A stretch of DNA of 64,000 bases. Source: Mizuhopecten yessoensis. Its lineage: Eukaryota. This document shows, one piece after another, positions 25,274 through 37,069 of this stretch. Both the position numbers and the translations under genes were made by a program. The stretch spans positions 552,144-616,143 of the forward strand of contig NW_018408683.1 in assembly GCF_002113885.1 (NCBI RefSeq), in the 5' to 3' direction. Under the pieces are notes generated by a model. That model made no database searches, was not told the DNA's origin, and saw only the letters and a list, made by a program, of their open reading frames with translations. Each line of letters opens with the position of its first letter. Positions within the stretch are counted from its first letter, which is position 1.

Positions 25274-26449
25274 TTCAAGTTCTAGATATTTTATTAAGTA
25301 TTTCAAGGCCAACTAGCCCATAGTACAATTTGCACAGTACATAATAACCATATTCACACAATTTTTACATCAAAAACAATTTCTGCAGAGTACCTTATAA
25401 CGTACAATTTACTAATATATAGCACTGACTTCCGATTTAATAATACTAAATTTGTGATGTAACAGATATAATATAATTTGATCTTGATTCAAAAGCTAAA
25501 TATACAAATTTAGCAACATTTCTTAATTTATCTTCATTTCCAGTTATTAACATATATTTTGCTTCAACATAGTTTTCCAATGCACCCATTTGTCTTATAT
25601 GTTCATATAATGGACAGTGTAATAAAAAATGATATTCATCTTCAATGAGTCTTGTATTGTTTGTATATAAACAATAATTACATAATCTTTCTTCCCTTGG
25701 AATTTTTAGTTCACGACCTTTTTCAATAAATAATTCATGACTGGATACACGCAGTCTGGTTAGAGCAATTTTATGAGACTTATTTGTAATACAATATAAG
25801 TATCGTTCGGGTTCAATTAACGTTTTGACATCCGAGTAAAAATTCAGTTTATTAGAGTTATTTATTCCAAAATCCCATTCTTGCATACAAGTGTCTTTTA
25901 CTCTTTGGGTAAACAGTCTCATAAAACTATTTATATCGCCAACTTCATGATATATCCATACATAATGAAATCGATATTTGTACAACAGATCTCTAATATT
26001 TGTAGCCCAAGTTACTCTTCCAGCATTGTGTAAATTTACTAACATATCATAGCACCTTCGTGGATATCTAGTGGAGCCCATACTTAAAATATTAAACCAA
26101 TACTTTATACACTTTTTATAATAAACAACACACATGGGATGTCTCCCTAATTCACCCAGAACAGCCAAGTTTGAAGTTGATTGCTTTACTCTCAATAGTC
26201 TTTTAACAAACTTTGTTTGTACAATTTCTATGCCGGGACTGTAACAATAGCCCCATATTTCAGCACCATATGTTATTACAGGAGTTACCATATGATCAAA
26301 AAGATACAATGCCTGCGAACATCCTAAATCATAAGTATTTATGAATCTAAATAAAGTAAACAAAGCTTTCTCTGCTGAAATAACAAGTGCTTCCTTAGTT
26401 TTATTCCACTTAAGAAAACAAGTAAAGTACATACCAAGGTATTTGTACA
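25274..26449 (-). mobile_element. RTEX-like non-LTR retrotransposon, ORF2 C-terminal part and 3' UTR with (cttgaa)-type tail; 5' part lost in the assembly gap
   Basis: Open frame YKYLG...LFDHMVTPVITYGAEIWG...GELGRHP...RLRVSSHELFIEKGR...ERLCNYC...IEDEYHFLLHCPLY (post-RT thumb and C-terminal CCHC finger); AATAAA before tail. Confidence 0.85.
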
Positions 26450-27128
26450 NNNNNNNNNNNNNNNNNNNNNNNNNNNNNNNNNNNNNNNNNNNNNNNNNNN
26501 NNNNNNNNNNNNNNNNNNNNNNNNNNNNNNNNNNNNNNNNNNNNNNNNNNNNNNNNNNNNNNNNNNNNNNNNNNNNNNNNNNNNNNNNNNNNNNNNNNNN
26601 NNNNNNNNNNNNNNNNNNNNNNNNNNNNNNNNNNNNNNNNNNNNNNNNNNNNNNNNNNNNNNNNNNNNNNNNNNNNNNNNNNNNNNNNNNNNNNNNNNNN
26701 NNNNNNNNNNNNNNNNNNNNNNNNNNNNNNNNNNNNNNNNNNNNNNNNNNNNNNNNNNNNNNNNNNNNNNNNNNNNNNNNNNNNNNNNNNNNNNNNNNNN
26801 NNNNNNNNNNNNNNNNNNNNNNNNNNNNNNNNNNNNNNNNNNNNNNNNNNNNNNNNNNNNNNNNNNNNNNNNNNNNNNNNNNNNNNNNNNNNNNNNNNNN
26901 NNNNNNNNNNNNNNNNNNNNNNNNNNNNNNNNNNNNNNNNNNNNNNNNNNNNNNNNNNNNNNNNNNNNNNNNNNNNNNNNNNNNNNNNNNNNNNNNNNNN
27001 NNNNNNNNNNNNNNNNNNNNNNNNNNNNNNNNNNNNNNNNNNNNNNNNNNNNNNNNNNNNNNNNNNNNNNNNNNNNNNNNNNNNNNNNNNNNNNNNNNNN
27101 NNNNNNNNNNNNNNNNNNNNNNNNNNNN
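26450..27128. other. Assembly gap (N run)
   Basis: 679 N bases. Confidence 1.
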
Positions 27129-27977
27129 GAGCAGGGACTTAACCACAGAACCCCCGTATATACTCCTTACCATGGAAAGAGCAGGAACTTACCCACATAA
27201 CCCCCGTATATACTCCTTACCATGGAACGAGCAGGGACTTACCCACAGAACCCCCGTATATACTCCTTACCATGGAAAGAGCAGGAACTTACCCACATAA
27301 CCCCCGTATATTGGAACGAGCAGGGACTTACCCACAGAACCCCCGGATATACTCCTAACCATGGAACGAGCAGGGACTTAACCACAGAACCCCCGTATAT
27401 ACTCCTTACATTGGAAAGAGCAGGGACTTACCCACAGAACCCCCGTATATACTCCTTACCATGGAACGAGCAGGGACTTAACCACAGAACCCCCGTATAT
27501 ACTGCTAACCATGGAACGAGAACGGACTGAACCATGGAACCCCGGAGCAGATACCTAACCACGGAACCCCGATTACACACCTAACCACAGATATCATGAC
27601 AAGACACTTAATAACACAACCCCCGAGCAGTCACCTAACCACTGAACCCCTGATAAGTACTTAACCATGGAACCCCGGAGCAGAATTCAACCACACATAT
27701 CCTGAGAATACACTTAACGACTGATAGCCTGATTAGACAATTAACCATTGAACCCCTGATTGGATACTCAACCATTGAACCCATGATTGTATACTCAACC
27801 ATTGAACCCATGATTGGATACTCAACCATTGAACCCCTGATTGGATATTAAAACCCTGATTGGATACTCAACCACTGAAACCCTGAGAAGACACATAACA
27901 ACGGTATCTCCGAGCAGACACTTGACCACAAATATCCTGAGAAGACAATTTATCACGGAACCCCGAAAAATTACCAT

Positions 27978-28313
27978 TAATAATAATAATGATAATTCGA
28001 GGTTCTTTATCACAACCTAGTTCGTAGGTCGTCTCAAAGCGGTTCACAAATTATTATCCGTGGTTATAGGACTTTTGCAACTAGTCAATATCTTTATCAA
28101 CTCCTTGGGGAGCATACAGCCGGTGCTGCCATTTCGGCACTCACAGCTAGCATTCTACAATTCTAACACTTCCCAACCACGTACTAATTTACAGCTCAGT
28201 AGACTGGACAAGCGGAGAAAAGCATCTTGCTCAAAGATACATTACAGTGCCGTGCCGTGACTCGAACCCGCAACCCTTCGGTCAAAAGCCCGGTGTCCTA
28301 CCACTAGACTACC
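27978..28313 (-). mobile_element. tRNA-derived SINE, near full length
   Basis: Minus strand A box TAGTCTAGTGG (28311-28301), B box GGTTCGAGTC (28268-28259), central ttgagcaaga...agctgtaaat..gtac domain, (tta)n tail; second copy at 53672-53965. Confidence 0.8.
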
Positions 28314-28887
28314 ATAGAACCATCCAAGTAGATGCCTTAACACAGAACTCCTAAAAGACAACTAGCTACAGAATTCCGAGAATACTACTTACCACTGAAC
28401 CCCCGAGTAAACATAAACAAAACAAAAGACATCACTACCTGTACAAAATACCGGAGGGTTTAAATCTTGTAATTGAAGTTGGGGTCAGTGATTGGATGTT
28501 AAACTGGTGAAAGGGTCAACTTCGATAGAGGGTGTGGTCACCGATGTTAAAATTTGATAATGTTTCAGTATATTGAACTTGATTAGGGGGATATAGTAAT
28601 CGATGTTTAATTGTCTAAAAGACACGTACTTATTAACGAAATATATACGTTCTAACATACAAGGTCATACCTTTGAAATGTAAGTATTTGCGGTTAAATA
28701 TATGAAAATATTCGTTGACACAAAAAACTGTTGACATGTGGAACAAACCTCCCACAAAATGGACGCAATGACAGTTAAACAATTTAGCATTAAATAGATG
28801 AAGAATGGAAAAATCAACCACAAAAAATATTGTTTTAAAGAAAGAGTAGAACGGTGAAATACAAAATTACAATTATAATTATGTAAA

Positions 28888-31800
28888 GGGCCTGTTTCCA
28901 GTAATGTTAATTCTCCATAGGAGCCTGCCCCCGTATAATTTCTTATCTAGCTCAACTACTGTTTTTTTCTTTTCCAAAGTATAATTTTACACCTTTCCGA
29001 CACCCAGATTTCATAATTTCAGTGAAAATGTATTTTTATAAAGTTGTCAATTTCAGCATCAAAGACATAAGTTCGTAAATAAAAGAAGGTTATCTCGAAA
29101 TTGTAATTCGCAACATAGTATAAATTTCTTTTGATAAATATTTCCAAAACATCGTGTTTATTCATAAAACATAAAAAAAAAAATTCTCGGATGAAAATGC
29201 ACTTGCAGAGACACAATTATGAAGAAAAATGCCATAAAATTGCAATTTTCTCCCGTTATATAGTTTTGGATGCAAATTTCCATCAGAAAATCGGATAGAG
29301 CTTTACTTGTTTCATATGTGTACCAAAAATCAGCTAATTCCATGTGGTGGAACGTTCTCATATCGCCGCCTGAATGTGGTTGTAAATTGAAAGAAAAGGG
29401 GAAATGAGTAACAACCTTGTCTGAAACCCTATTATATAGCTTATTATATACAAACTTTTATATTGAATATCAGAGCGGATATTTTCATGACAGTTTTATG
29501 ATGTGTAACGACTAAATAAACAGTATCGATATAAAGATTTACACTGAGGACACCCTGATACATGAATACTGTTCTATCTCAAGTTGTCCTCTTCTGAATT
29601 TTCTGATCGTGTGGCCTTGTACATTTATCCGTATCTTCTTGTCTTTGTCTATACGTTTACGGAATCATTGACTCGACGCTAGCTATTCTTGTCTCACTTT
29701 CCTTGTTTTATTGTCCCATCTCCAAAGCGTTGTGGCTCTGTCAGGGTTGGGACCCTGACTTGTCTCACTTTCTTTGTGCCTGCCGACCACGCCACATCGA
29801 ATAGATAGATTATCCATATGAAATACTTTATTTTGTTCTAAGTAATCAATCAATTCTGCGCTTCTTGGAGGTATTGAATGTGATTTATTATATTGTCTTG
29901 TTATTTTGTGTAATTAGTTGTTCGTTATTTATCACACATTTTCGCATAATTGTACCAAACTACTAAGTATTAGCTGTTTACAGCAATCATCGGTGGCTTG
30001 CTATTTTGTTACTTTATCGACGCTTCATAAACCAATCGTTATTGTTTCAAGATGGAGGGTAAATGTGTTGGAGAAGGGTGTCAAGTATACTTCAAGAAAC
30101 GTAGTGGCAATAAGAACAGAAGTGCACGCAATGTAAATAGTCCACAATATAAATGGCTCCTAGATACGCTGGTGCAACAAGGATTGATGTCAGCAAAGGA
30201 ACAAGCACTTATTTGCCAGAAGTGCTACATGAAGTATCTTCGGAACAAAAATCAGCCTGAACCTGAACCCGAGCAGAACCAGGAAATAGAGGAAGAAGAC
30301 GACTCCCCGTCCCATATCCTGCCGTTGCTGACCCTTCATGATCTTTTGAATGGATCATCTTCACACAAAAAATGCTGTCTCTGTCTTGTTACCTTTGCAA
30401 GAAATGGAACAAAATCATCAGTCTTACCAAAACGTGCAAGACATCACCTGATCTATTCACACAAACTGTGGTGTCCCACCTCATCCCGCGTCTGCTCCAT
30501 TCACCTTATTGGTAACGACTTAGATCCGTCTACAGAGGTTGTCCTTGATGGTAGAGGTTCCTTGGAATCTCAGTTACCATCAAAATCGTCCGAAATCATT
30601 AATGACCTCCTAGAGGTGTCGCACGTCCTTTCACAGAACCAGTCTGCGTTTACAATAAGCTTTTCTTCTCTTGATGACTCGGCATGCATGGCCTGGACAG
30701 GTTGGTCCAAAGATCAGTTCCTCGAAATCCACTCGCACTGTTCCCCATATCTTTCATCTGGTATATATACCAAGACTACACACGATGCTCTATTACTGTT
30801 CTGGGTAAAACTGAAAACCGACATTTCCTGGAGTCAGTGTTCTTCTCTTTTTGGAATTTCCAAGTCAAGTGTGTCCAAAACTTTCCACTCCATAGTACAG
30901 GCATTAGACACATCGATAGTCCCACAATTTCTAGGTCCGGATCACTTGACAAGAGAACAGTTGCTCGGGCACAATACTGTCTTTTCAGAAGCATTTTTTG
31001 GAGATAAAGCCACTGCCATATTAGATGGCACCTATATTTATATCCAGAAAAGCTCCGACCACAAGCTCCAGAGAATGTCCTACTGTGGCCAGAAGAAGAG
31101 AAACTATCTCAAATTCATGAGCATCGCCTTACCAGATGGCTACATTCTGGACACAGTAGGACCATTCACTGGCAGCGAAAATGATGCTACAATTACAAAA
31201 AAAGTCATGGACAAGCTAGTTACTTGGCTACAACCAGACGACAACGTTGTCGTTGACCGAGGTTTTAGAGATGTCCTACCAGTTCTCGAAGCCTCTGGCC
31301 TCAATGCTAGCATGCCGTCATACCTGAAACCCGGTCAAAGTCAACATTCTGACGTCCAAGCAAATCTTGACAGAACTATCACCAAATCGAGGTGGATTGT
31401 GGAATCCTATCATGGTCGTCTGAAACACTGGACGTTCTTCCGAACGCAATTGGTGTCTAACAGCTTTATCAATGTCATCGAGGCTTTGCTTCGAACCGTC
31501 ACAGCCTGTCTGAATGGTATTAGAGGACCGATCTACCAGAGATCTCCAGAGAGAGATGCCAAAGATAGGCTAATGGCTGAACGTATGAAGGACCGTTTGA
31601 CAACACCGAATGGTTTAGCTCAGAGAGTCAAGACAGATCCGGATCTATCTAGACGGGCAAGGTCCGAGTTTGTCAAGATGGATGCATCTTCCGTACTGTT
31701 TCCCCGTCTCGATCTTGATTACTTGAGAACCATTACGTGTGGAACGTATCAGATATCTCTGGCTCCTGGTTACATCGCCGAACATTTAAGTGATGACGGA

Positions 31801-32960
31801 GACTATGAGGTGTGGCTTTACCAGCACTCCCCAGACCTTCTCCGATGTCAAATACATTCTCGACACAAAAGCCAAACGAAATATAACGTTTGGATACGGT
31901 TCACCGTTTCACCCGATGTTGAGGCCCCAATAAAGGACTACTACTGCCAGTGCCCAGTTGGAGAGAGAACGATGGGAATGTGTGCGCACATCTCCAGTAT
32001 CTTGTACTACCTTGGGTATTACAGGACGCTGGAAAACCCTCGACCATTACAACCACAGGTAAAGAAATTCCGACAAAACTTGAAATAGTTTTCCATGCGG
32101 CAACGGAGTGCATATGTCGAAAGTATGTTTGGGGCTCGATATGAAAGATCCCCGTTACCATGTGACTAACCAAACTTATAAATATAGGTATTATACAATC
32201 GCCCGTAGCTATGAACACTCCCGTAAATGCGAAAACCAACCAAAATCATAAGGAACACGTTTTGTTTGTTGTTCTGTCTATTTGTCAGCCAATGTCTTCA
32301 ACCACGGGGACTTGTGAAGTAGCCATCTTGGATTTTTTTTATGAAAAAGTGTTTCTCTCACTTTTTTTCATATCTGTGTACATATTCTCAACATACCGAG
32401 CAAATACTCTCGTTTTTTTGTTAATTATCTAAAGAAAGTCGAAAATCGGCAATTCAACCATAGGCTAATTCAACCCAACATTTGAAAATGTTCCACCACT
32501 TACATTTTGATGATTTTTCCTCTCATCAATAGCATATTACGTACTGTTTAATAGGATAAAAATTGGTTTGCATCCAACGCCCATAAAAGGGTGTATTCTC
32601 TAAAAAACACAGTTTTTGTGTCTAAAATGTTATCATCGAAAATGGCATTTTTGAGATTGTTTCTTCCATAAAACAGCCAAATGGCGCGATGGAAACATGA
32701 TTTTTTGTCACAATCATGCCATGAATGTATTCTTTACGGTGACCATCATTTGATTAGATTTTCATTAATATTTTACATAACATGCACATTTTATCAACAC
32801 TTAGACAGCTTCTGAAAGGTACAACTTTGAGGAGCCATAAAAAACAAACCAAGTGACCTAAATCTTTATACTTTATAGATTTGTGACCACAACGGCATGG
32901 GCAATGCACCACAGGACAGGAAATTTGAATCAGAGAAGGGGCCGTTTTGGAAACCGGCCC
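28888..32960 (+). mobile_element. PHIS-superfamily (ISL2EU/Harbinger-related) DNA transposon, apparently full length (~4.07 kb)
   Basis: Terminal inverted repeats GGGCCTGTTTCCA / TGGAAACCGGCCC (12/13), subterminal inverted pair gtggtggaacgttctca (29344) / tgaaaatgttccaccac (32483), single intact transposase ORF. Confidence 0.75.
30052..32088 (+). CDS. Transposase: N-terminal Cys-rich/THAP-like fingers, HTH (Tnp_4-type), DDE_Tnp_4-type nuclease, C-terminal SWIM zinc finger
   Basis: LLLFWVKLKT...LFGISKSSVSKTF (HTH); ILDGTYIYIQK...SYCGQKKRN...PDGYI...NDA...VVDRGFRD...RWIVESYHGRLK (DDE); YCQCPVGERTMGMCAH (SWIM CxCx9CxH); 678 aa uninterrupted. Confidence 0.92.
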   Translation: MEGKCVGEGCQVYFKKRSGNKNRSARNVNSPQYKWLLDTLVQQGLMSAKEQALICQKCYMKYLRNKNQPEPEPEQNQEIEEEDDSPSHILPLLTLHDLLNGSSSHKKCCLCLVTFARNGTKSSVLPKRARHHLIYSHKLWCPTSSRVCSIHLIGNDLDPSTEVVLDGRGSLESQLPSKSSEIINDLLEVSHVLSQNQSAFTISFSSLDDSACMAWTGWSKDQFLEIHSHCSPYLSSGIYTKTTHDALLLFWVKLKTDISWSQCSSLFGISKSSVSKTFHSIVQALDTSIVPQFLGPDHLTREQLLGHNTVFSEAFFGDKATAILDGTYIYIQKSSDHKLQRMSYCGQKKRNYLKFMSIALPDGYILDTVGPFTGSENDATITKKVMDKLVTWLQPDDNVVVDRGFRDVLPVLEASGLNASMPSYLKPGQSQHSDVQANLDRTITKSRWIVESYHGRLKHWTFFRTQLVSNSFINVIEALLRTVTACLNGIRGPIYQRSPERDAKDRLMAERMKDRLTTPNGLAQRVKTDPDLSRRARSEFVKMDASSVLFPRLDLDYLRTITCGTYQISLAPGYIAEHLSDDGDYEVWLYQHSPDLLRCQIHSRHKSQTKYNVWIRFTVSPDVEAPIKDYYCQCPVGERTMGMCAHISSILYYLGYYRTLENPRPLQPQVKKFRQNLK

Positions 32961-33238
32961 TTTATATAACGAGCTAACTTGTCAAAGGACTGACAATCCC
33001 GTACATATTTTATGTTTATTGTCAGAAAAAAAGGAATACTATCAAAATTATCAAATACGCATGACACTTCTCTAAGGCAATGTTTACTTCCATATGCTTT
33101 AATCTAATGTCACTGACTTGAAAGTCACCTTGTTCGAAGAAATCGGTCACAAATCTGCTATAGATAACAACTTAGTAGCTTTTACAATCCTGAACACACC
33201 TTAGTTTCTCTGACAAATATCCACCGTGAATGTTGACC

Positions 33239-33277
33239 ATGAAAACCTTGGCCTTTACGTGCTTGCTTTGTTTACTG
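33239..33277 (+). CDS. Probable exon 1 (signal peptide MKTLAFTCLLCLL) of LRR paralog B
   Basis: ATG, 13 mostly hydrophobic codons, donor gtgagt, phase 0, ~1.3 kb upstream of the LRR exon. Confidence 0.6.
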
Positions 33278-34605
33278 GTGAGTGTTAATCGTTTGTTTTA
33301 TAATACATAATGCAAAGCAAAGCTGATCTTTTCCGCTCATATCTAATGTTTGCAGTCGATATGTTTACATAAGATATTCTACCAGAGGAATTGCTTGTCT
33401 TTTCTCAGAGGTATTACGAGAGTTAATACCGTTACTGCTGTGTAACGCCATTTAACAATTTATTGCAGATTTTCGTTTAACATGTTTCCTGAAATATGAT
33501 CTACATTCCCCATATTTCAATGATATAGGAATCGAAATATTCACGACAGATATTTTAGATATCGTTGTAATTGCTTTATCTTTGTATGCACGGATCAAAG
33601 ATATTCCTCTTAAGGATCCCTGTACCACTACATAAACCTGTGGCTATATATCGGCTTGGCTACCTCACTGAAATATACTACCGAAGGCACCTATCACAGT
33701 ACAACAGGTCAACCAGAAACCTTTGCCTTCTGCATACTGAGAATGTTCCACAATAATTATAACCAAACGTTAGGTGGTGCCAATGATTGCTCAACAAAGG
33801 ATAAAGATAATTAATAGAAATACAAGTACAGATATGAGGTGGACATATAAAATCAAATCTGTCGCAAAGTGGATAGAGCTATAATCATAATTGTCGCCAA
33901 GGCGCCATTATGCACTTGTCATATGTCTTTATGGAACATTGGTAAATCCCTGATATAACAGGGATCGATAAAATGCTCTTCGTTCTGATGATTTAATTAT
34001 GTTAACAATAAATATATTAAACTTGGCACATTGTATTTTCACATATGATAAGCTGTTAGTCGGTTTCATGAATCCGTATTAGGGGTGTTCCTGAATATTT
34101 TGTTTACCCTGCTAAGTGCGCATCGTGTTTTACGCATCAACACTCATCCCTATGACAACCAAGCAAAATGGAATGCTATCCTATTATTCTATCATGTGCT
34201 GTGCCATTTCTTGCACATGGATTAATCACGATAAAATGGAAACCTTGCAGTTAAAGATACCGAACGATGTTTTGTTTACAGCAGTTTTCATAATGTCTGA
34301 AGATGCATACATATATATGTATGTCTGTTGTTTCTCCATTTATAGCAACCAAATAAATGATAAAACAATTATGAATAAATAAATCATGCTGCTATCCGAC
34401 GAATACATTTAAAGTATTAAAAACTTCATTTACATGGTTGAAACACTTGCTCAAAGATTAAGATCTATAAGTAAAGTGGTACATATTAATTTGTTAATTT
34501 GTTTGTGACATAGGGTAAACATGCATCACTACCCTCCCGGGCAAGGCACTGGAAACAGTCTGAAGATGGAGTCTTTAAGTCGATATATACGCTTCTCGAT
34601 CAGAG

Positions 34606-35942
34606 GTCATGCCAATTCCGTTCAAAAATACTAACATCGAGTCTTCAGTCACCCCCCGCATGTTACAACACAACGACGACTGCCCGGCCCCAGCTGTGTG
34701 TAGTTGTAGTGATGTTAACAATGTCATTGACTGCTCCGGTAGAGGACTGACTACTGTTCCAAAATTTAGTAAAAGTAACGCCATATGGGACTTGTACATA
34801 CCAAATAACCACATACACAATTTGAAAGATGACGACTTTCAAAACATCAAGATACAGTTCTTAGATCTATCAAATAATTCTTTGGCAACTGTTTCTGACA
34901 ATGCATTGGTTTGGAAAGTTCCCTCCAAACATTACACATTGAGTCGAATAGTTTGACAGGCATTCCAAATGCACTCATGAATTTGATGAAATTATCTTCC
35001 TTGAAAATCCAGCAAAATCCAATCTCATACTTTGACGAAAAAGTCATAAATTCCCTTGCGAGTTCATTGTATACCTTTCATTTCGGTTCTGAAGCAGTGA
35101 CCATTTGGCCAAAGACAGTACAGCTTCTAAATTTGTTTGAGTTGGGTATTTTCAACTTAACTTTAGAGGAATTGCCAGAAACAGCGTTTGCAAATCTATC
35201 GCTAAGTTGGTTATCCCTTAACTCTATGAAGTTGCTAAGACTTCCGTCCAGTTTCAAAGGACTCGAGAATCTATTTACGCTATCCTTGAACACTGACGAA
35301 GATCTAACATTGGACGGAATTCCGAGCACTCTCTTTGAACGTTTCAAAGGACTTAATTGGCTACAGATTATTAACGTTAAGCTCACAGCTCTTCCGGACA
35401 TATTCCACTACGTAACAGGATTGTTTCAGCTCGAAATAAACTCTGTACCCGTATCTGATTTTCCGGGTAACATGATGCCAGAGGATTCCAATATCACTAT
35501 AGCTAACTTTAACGGCACATTGTTCAACGAGGTTCCGACTGCTTTCTCCAAAATGAAGAAGTTATCTGTATTGAGTTTGAACTATAACAATATAACAACA
35601 CTTCGATCCGCCGACCTTTCTGGACTTTCCGAATTAGAATACATATCGATCTCAAACGCCCCACTTGAGAGCGTGTCTCTGGATGCGTTCAGGACACTGA
35701 CATCCCTGTCTTATATAGCACTAGATAACACGGCCTTGACAACCATTCCACGGGCTGTGGAGGGAGTCAAGTTTGATTACTTGAGCCTGCTCGGAAACAA
35801 GCTGATCTGTACTTGCCAGTCAATGGGTTGGATGAAGAATTGGCCCGACGCCAGCAGGGTTGGCATCAACGGTCAGTGTAATAATCTCGATAGCATGCAG
35901 GTTGGTGTTTATGTCAGACAGAAAGTTCCCGAATGTCCTTGA
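34606..35942 (+). pseudogene. Secreted LRR-only protein paralog B, frameshift at ~34905-34911 (young pseudogene or assembly error)
   Basis: ORF 34609 gives LRRNT CPAPAVCSC..IDCSGRGL to DNALV; ORF 34911 continues LESSLQ..LICTCQSMGWM..GQC..KVPECP*; 5' exon boundary uncertain. Confidence 0.8.
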
Positions 35943-36044
35943 AAATACCTACCAGAAAAGCGCCAATGGTCGTGCTTTTCAAACAGTTATGTGGTTTCAA
36001 ACAAATTAAAAGAGGAGATTGCATACTTAGTGTTTTGTTTGTTT

Positions 36045-36175
36045 TTGATAACTTGCCCGAAAATCAAGTTACCTATATGCCATGGCGCTGCGTCCGTCCG
36101 AACCTGTTCCGTTGAAACTCTTCTAGCCCAGAACGGCTCAGCAATTGTGACAAATCTTGGTCCTAAGAATTTTTG
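36045..36175 (+). mobile_element. Helentron-associated (HINE-like) fragment
   Basis: taacttg..caagtta hairpin then atgccatggcgctgcgtccgtccg, similar to the start of the element at 18680. Confidence 0.4.
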
Positions 36176-37069
36176 GGTTATTGTGAAAGGATTATGTAGC
36201 CTCCAAGAAGTGAGGGCAGTTTGGCTAGATCAAATTGCGAAATAGTTTTTTTATTAATACTTAATACACAGTATCAGTAAAGGTATTTTATCAAAAGGAC
36301 CTAATGGACTTTGTATAATCCGAGGGTGTGCCCAAAACATAACCCAACATACCCACACAAAAACCAGCCCACTCCTTTCATCAAACACTCTTGCGGACAG
36401 GGATGCTGAAGATTTGGTCGATAGCATACTCAGACCAAGGGGGCTTAACGTTTCAGAAATGCACAATACCCAAAACCCGTGAACTTTATATGTTGTCAAC
36501 ATGAAACATATGAAACGATTTATCAAAATCGTGCCATGCTTTTGCCCGTTTAACTGCAGTATTGAACAACATATATGTTTGGTTTAACCTCCCATATGTA
36601 TCTTCAAGTAAATTAGCGAGTCAAGCTCGTCGCGAATTGAAAAGGTCGCGTGTTTATATTTAATAAAACGCTTTACAATTAATATGACCCTATTACGGAC
36701 AATTATTTTGGTGTAATACTTCGACAAATAATCAATTATAATATATTATTTATAATATCCTTTATACGAACAAGATGGTCCACTTGTTTTCTAAAAATTG
36801 GTATATCTGACAATCCATTAGTAGATTTTATTATTCTTAGACTTACCTTAAAAATTCATTCTCTCCTCTGAGCCACTCATTTTATCAAATGCAATATTGT
36901 TTTCATTTTAGCAAGTTCCATTTTTACAACAAACAAGTCACCATGAGACAAATAACATACAATTCCCTACAGTACATTAACGGATCACAAAACGTTACTC
37001 AGCTTCAAAATTTTAAAATAGATTATAATGCCGCGTGCACTTCACATTTCTACTGTGTTGCAACATTTA

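Larger units (their letters stand above)
23425..27540. repeat. 50-bp minisatellite (catggaacgagcagggacttaaccacagaacccccgtatatactccttac) interrupted by LINE pieces and the gap; degenerate units continue to ~28410
   Basis: Direct tandem repeat, period 50 (24392 vs 24442). Confidence 0.95.

Noticed and set aside
24392-27530. ORFs 24392..24859, 26341..27300, 27222..27530 and the 575-aa length of 25446..27173
   Set aside because: Satellite translations or read-through of N bases; only the 25446-26449 portion is real LINE ORF2
28255-28313. tRNA gene (also the tRNA-like remnant at ~45635-45685)
   Set aside because: A/B boxes belong to a SINE head attached to a SINE body; no complete cloverleaf
30052-32088. 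Transposase as a domesticated RAG-like diversifier of the LRR cluster
   Set aside because: It retains TIRs and looks like an ordinary recent insertion; I see no TIR- or RSS-like signals flanking LRR modules
36889-37069. N-terminal 60 aa of ORF 36889..37599
   Set aside because: Flanking DNA fortuitously in frame with the 5'-truncated LINE RT
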